Below are positions 60,071 to 64,000 of a stretch of DNA of 64,000 nucleotides, in pieces. Numbering within the stretch: position 1 is the stretch's first letter; each line of letters starts with the position of its first letter. Position numbers and translations under genes: made by a program. The DNA is from Galbibacter sp. Lineage in GTDB: Bacteria > Bacteroidota > Bacteroidia > Flavobacteriales > Flavobacteriaceae. Where the stretch lies: assembly GCF_035306585.1 (NCBI RefSeq), contig NZ_DATGNU010000051.1, positions 556 to 64,555 of the forward strand, given 5' to 3'. The notes beneath the pieces are model-generated. The model made no database searches. It saw nothing but the letters and a program-made list of their open reading frames with translations, and was not told the DNA's origin.

Positions 60071-60862
60071 ATGGGATACTTAAAGATGATTTTAAGCATA
60101 AAACACCTGCATATCTTACCTCATTTGATGGCATTTTACGTTCTTCTGGTATCTATAGGTTGTGATAGTGAGAATGCCAATGATTGTATACAATCTGCTG
60201 GAAGGATTATTGAGCAGCAGGTGGAGGTGGCCTCTTTTGATCGAATCTTGGTAGAGCGGAATCTTCATTTAGTTTTCATTCAAGAACAACAACAGAAGGT
60301 CATAATTAAAACCGGTGAGAATTTATTGCCCGATATTAAGCTTCAGGTTGTAGATGGACAATTGCAATTAAGAAATGAAAATGAATGTAACTTTTTTAGG
60401 GACTATGGACTGACGACTATCTATGTATCTAGTCCCGATATTGTTGAAATTCGAAGTGCTACACAAGGAGATGTACGATCCTTGGGGAGGATCACAGTCG
60501 ATAAATTAAGGGTGTACTCGGAGAATTACAGAAACAACGAATACTTGACCAGCGGAGAATTTTATTTAGATCTGCAAGTGAATGAATTCCAATTGGTATT
60601 TAACGGAGTATCCAATATGCATATTCAAGGGCAGGCAAAACAATTAAATATAACGATGGCCTCTGGAAATGGACGATTTGAAGGACGCGATTTCGAGGTT
60701 GAAAATGCGCAAATCTATCATCGAAGTTCCAATGATGTGATAGTAAATGTCACAGGACACTTAAAGGCTGACCTATATGGGACTGGAGATCTTATAGCCG
60801 TAAGGCCACCTGCAACTCAACAGGTAAAGGAGCACTATAAAGGCCACTATATCATCGAATAA
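60071..60862 (+). CDS. Head GIN domain (DUF2807) lipoprotein
   Basis: Lipobox SIGC, DCIQSAG, TGENL, beta-helix-like repeats, GTGD. Confidence 0.75.
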   Translation: MGYLKMILSIKHLHILPHLMAFYVLLVSIGCDSENANDCIQSAGRIIEQQVEVASFDRILVERNLHLVFIQEQQQKVIIKTGENLLPDIKLQVVDGQLQLRNENECNFFRDYGLTTIYVSSPDIVEIRSATQGDVRSLGRITVDKLRVYSENYRNNEYLTSGEFYLDLQVNEFQLVFNGVSNMHIQGQAKQLNITMASGNGRFEGRDFEVENAQIYHRSSNDVIVNVTGHLKADLYGTGDLIAVRPPATQQVKEHYKGHYIIE

Positions 60863-60899
60863 ACGCGAGTGAAAAAAGGTCCCGTTTTTGCAAGAAATA

Positions 60900-62969
60900 T
60901 TACTTCTTCGATGGGCGTTTATAAAGTTCCCCATTTTTCAATTTTCGGTTGTACTCGTTGAGGTCTTTTTTTACTTCACCAATTAAGATATACATCCCGA
61001 TCATATTTGGAAATGCCATTGTTAAGATCATCATATCGGCAAAATCCAAAACCGCACCAAGTCCAACAGAAGCACCTACTACAACAAAGATTAAAAACAT
61101 CACCTTGTATATAAGTTCAACACTATTGCCTTTCCCAAATAAGAAGGTCCAAGCGCGCATGCCGTAATATGACCAAGATATCATTGTGGAAAATGCAAAT
61201 AGTAATACCACCATAGTTAATACATAAGGGAACCATGAGATTACTGTGGAAAAAGCAGCGGAGGTGAGTTGAACACCACCCACTCCTTGAACTTCGTGCA
61301 TGCCAGTGAAAATTAGAACAAGAGCTGTCAAGGTGCAAACCAACACCGTATCGATAAAGGGTTCAATTAGCGCTGCATATCCTTCTGAAATAGGATGGTT
61401 GGTTTTTCCTGCACTATGTGCGATTGCGGCAGAACCTACTCCAGATTCACTTGAAAACGCTGCCCGTTGAAATCCTACGATCATGACCCCTATAATACCA
61501 CCTTTTAGAGCTGTAGCATTAAAAGCGCCATTGTAAATAGCAGATAGTGCAGCACCCAAATTATCAATATTTATAACTATTATAATAATAGCAGCGAGTG
61601 CATAGATCCCTGCCATAACAGGTACAATACGACTGGTTACCTTCCCAATGCTCTCAATACCACCAATGATTACAGCGCCAACTAGAAATGCTAAAAAGAG
61701 ACCAAAATAAAGCCCTTTTCCTTGCATGAATTCAAATTGACTGGCTAAAATTTCAAAGGACTGATTGGCTTGGAACATATTGCCACCACCTAATGTTGCG
61801 CCAACGCATAGAATCGCAAAGAGTACCGCTAAAAATTTACCTAATTTTTTAGCTTTCCTCTTCTCGAGTCCATGTTTAAGATAATACATAGGTCCTCCAA
61901 AAATTTTACCTTCAGAATTGATGGTTCTGTATTTAATTCCCAGTGTACATTCTGTGAATTTTGAGGCCATTCCAAGGAGCCCAGCAATGATCATCCAAAA
62001 AGTAGCCCCAGCACCACCGACGGATATTGCTATGGCAACCCCAGCAATATTACCCAGTCCAACAGTTGCGGAAACCGCGGTTGTCATGGTTTGGAAATGT
62101 GTAATTTTACCAGGCGCACTTGGGTCATCATAATCACCTTTTGCAAGTTGAAGCGAATGCTTCACCCCTTTAAAATTTATGAACCCTAGACGGATGGTAA
62201 AGAAAAAAGCACCAAAAATAAGCCATATTACAATTAACGGAATGTTGCTTGTTTTTGGGTCACCGTTGGGATGCCTCACTAGCACAGGCTGATCGAGCTT
62301 GATCTCCGCTAAATTATGAGCCCCAACCTCTATAACATGGGATTTGTTTGCAGCATTGTAAATTACCTCGTCTGTATCATTTAAATGTTTCAGTATGCCT
62401 GTAGCATTTGCATATACCTTAAGGTCCCCACTTTTGGAGGAGGTAACAATAGCGATCAAGTCTCCTTGTTCTACATGTTGGTTTTGGTCAACCACCCATT
62501 GCTTCAAAACAAAACGATCCTCTATTCCTGCCGTCCATCCTGGAATCGGTATTCTTTTAATGTCGGCATATACCTTAGGGTCGTAGATGCCAAAAGCACT
62601 AAAAGGATCCCAGAATAACACTTTAGACATTTGATTTACCAATGGGACAGCAGTGCCGTTAAAAAACTCTGGAATATTATTGGATTTAATTTTATAGCTA
62701 TGTTGTACACTTGTACCCTTACTATCAGTGATGGTCACAGTATAAGGAATACCTTCCGTCAGTCCTGTGGCGGTATTGGAATCTAAAGGGGTGGTTTGAT
62801 TGGACCACTTGTATGTATATGGTGGAAGACCTCCATGAACTTCTAAGGAGATATAACCATCATTTATGACCTTTGATTTATTACCTAAGGTTTCTTTTAC
62901 CACCAAATCCTGACTCTGCAGTGAAAGAAATGAAATTGTGAATAGTAGGGTAAAAAGGTATTTAATCAT
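60900..62969 (-). CDS. Alanine/glycine:cation symporter (AGCS) with extended N-terminal domains
   Basis: ATVGLGNIAGVA...GGAGATFWM, GGPMYY, GNMFQAN, RAAFSSESG.GSA.IAH, EPFIDT..VC, LFAFST..SW.YYG. Confidence 0.92.
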   Translation of the reverse strand: MIKYLFTLLFTISFLSLQSQDLVVKETLGNKSKVINDGYISLEVHGGLPPYTYKWSNQTTPLDSNTATGLTEGIPYTVTITDSKGTSVQHSYKIKSNNIPEFFNGTAVPLVNQMSKVLFWDPFSAFGIYDPKVYADIKRIPIPGWTAGIEDRFVLKQWVVDQNQHVEQGDLIAIVTSSKSGDLKVYANATGILKHLNDTDEVIYNAANKSHVIEVGAHNLAEIKLDQPVLVRHPNGDPKTSNIPLIVIWLIFGAFFFTIRLGFINFKGVKHSLQLAKGDYDDPSAPGKITHFQTMTTAVSATVGLGNIAGVAIAISVGGAGATFWMIIAGLLGMASKFTECTLGIKYRTINSEGKIFGGPMYYLKHGLEKRKAKKLGKFLAVLFAILCVGATLGGGNMFQANQSFEILASQFEFMQGKGLYFGLFLAFLVGAVIIGGIESIGKVTSRIVPVMAGIYALAAIIIIVINIDNLGAALSAIYNGAFNATALKGGIIGVMIVGFQRAAFSSESGVGSAAIAHSAGKTNHPISEGYAALIEPFIDTVLVCTLTALVLIFTGMHEVQGVGGVQLTSAAFSTVISWFPYVLTMVVLLFAFSTMISWSYYGMRAWTFLFGKGNSVELIYKVMFLIFVVVGASVGLGAVLDFADMMILTMAFPNMIGMYILIGEVKKDLNEYNRKLKNGELYKRPSKK

Positions 62970-63329
62970 AATATTTGCTATCGTTTCTAATTTGAATGGT
63001 ATGTTTTAAAACCATGTGCATATCCACAGCATTTCAAGACTGTTCGTACGGATATTCCTTTAGTTACATTGTATCAACTCGTGAATTTACTAAAGTGAAT
63101 AAATCGGATGTAACTTAAAAAGCTCGTTTAGTAAATCCTTCTTAATCTAAAGGTGAAATCAATCGAAAAAATGTGAAGATAAAGCATATATAGCTCCCGT
63201 AACCTCCGAGAAGAAAAATAATTTAGTTTATAGAACCATCCTATTTTTAAAATCCTTTAAAAAATTAAGCCACAAATATAATAGATTTATCTATTATGAC
63301 CAGTAATCTACTTATTAATTTGCTTGTAA

Positions 63330-63770
63330 TTAGTGTAATGGGACTGCCAAAAGAGGAATGTTTAATTCGTCCACAAGATCCTTTTTGTTATTTGCGGTAA
63401 AGAGACTGTATAAAAAATCCTTTCTTCTATGTCCAGCAATAACTAGGTCAATATTAAACTTATCAACCTTTTCTCTAATGACTTTTGAAACAGCGCCCTG
63501 AACTAAAATACTTTCGGCTTCTATATGGTAGTTTTTAGTAATATCTTGTGCCAACTTTTCAATAAAAGCGGCCTCTTTTTTACGATTTTCTGCTCTTTGA
63601 TCATAGATAAACTGTGGTCCAGACTCTCTGGCAATGAGCGTATCGGGATCTGGTGTTGCCACGTGAATAATCCATATTTTTCCATTTGAGTAGCTTGCAA
63701 ATTTAACAGCTTGAGTGATAAGTTTGTCGGCATCTTTCGTTTGACCAATGGCCACAAGTATGTTTTCCAT
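63330..63770 (-). CDS. Universal stress protein (UspA family)
   Basis: NILVAI, IIHVA, LVQG..., DLVIAG, IPLLAVP. Confidence 0.88.
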   Translation of the reverse strand: MENILVAIGQTKDADKLITQAVKFASYSNGKIWIIHVATPDPDTLIARESGPQFIYDQRAENRKKEAAFIEKLAQDITKNYHIEAESILVQGAVSKVIREKVDKFNIDLVIAGHRRKDFLYSLFTANNKKDLVDELNIPLLAVPLH

Positions 63771-63870
63771 ATTTGTCTTTTGGTTTTATATACCATTAAT
63801 ATACAAATATTAGTTGAACTTACAGAAATCAAGGCATTAAACTTTGTTTAATCAATGAATTGGTGTAGTT

Positions 63871-64000
63871 CTAAGGTCTAGTCAATTCGATAAAGAGGCT
63901 CTCTAAGTCTTTATTTTTTTGATTTAATTGTAATGTTTTAAGCCCATTATCATGAGCAAAATCAAATAAGGACCCTCGCATATCTTTATCGGTGTCAAAG
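63871..64000 (-). CDS. gldA: 3' end of gliding-motility ABC transporter ATPase GldA (partial)
   Basis: Manual translation FDTDKDMRGSLFDFAHDNGLKTLQLNQKNKDLESLFIELTRP*, recognised as the GldA C-terminus; only 42 aa visible. Confidence 0.7.
   Translation of the reverse strand, partial: FDTDKDMRGSLFDFAHDNGLKTLQLNQKNKDLESLFIELTRP

Noticed and set aside
63890-63920. Apparent terminator ATAAAGA...TCTTTAT with T run
   Set aside because: Lies inside the gldA coding frame on the minus strand
1-64000. CRISPR arrays, tRNA/rRNA genes, IS elements, prophage or defence genes
   Set aside because: No regularly spaced direct repeats, cloverleaf or rRNA signatures, or transposase/integrase/phage ORFs seen

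Overview
AT-rich bacterial chromosome segment, almost certainly Bacteroidota/Flavobacteriaceae (SusC/SusD, fused ccoNO, gldA, TAnnTTTG promoters, no Shine-Dalgarno usage). Mostly housekeeping and metabolic genes: mutS, trmH-family methylase, folK-dNK fusion, sppA, a class III (anaerobic) ribonucleotide reductase locus, AsmA-like protein, a small polysaccharide-utilisation cluster, hemN plus a complete cbb3 oxidase operon with an Fnr-type regulator, csp-rpsU, kynU, a large methionine/sulfur locus with three SAM riboswitches (one SAM-II, two SAM-I), and the 3' end of gldA. I saw no tRNA, rRNA, CRISPR array or IS element. The strongest observation is a split NrdD: the 704-aa catalytic chain stops after its zinc ribbon, and the glycyl-radical motif (YTRVMGYHRP) lies in a separate 53-aa ORF (7001-7162, absent from the ORF track) between nrdD and nrdG. 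Other leads are three identically spaced TGA-N6-TCA boxes suggesting an Fnr-like regulon, an SD-less probable bS21 paralog behind a terminator downstream of a cold-shock gene, two candidate non-coding RNAs at 38.4-38.8 kb, and an amino-acid symporter carrying SprB-like and lipoyl-like N-terminal domains. All calls come from reading the sequence by eye; no database searches were run.
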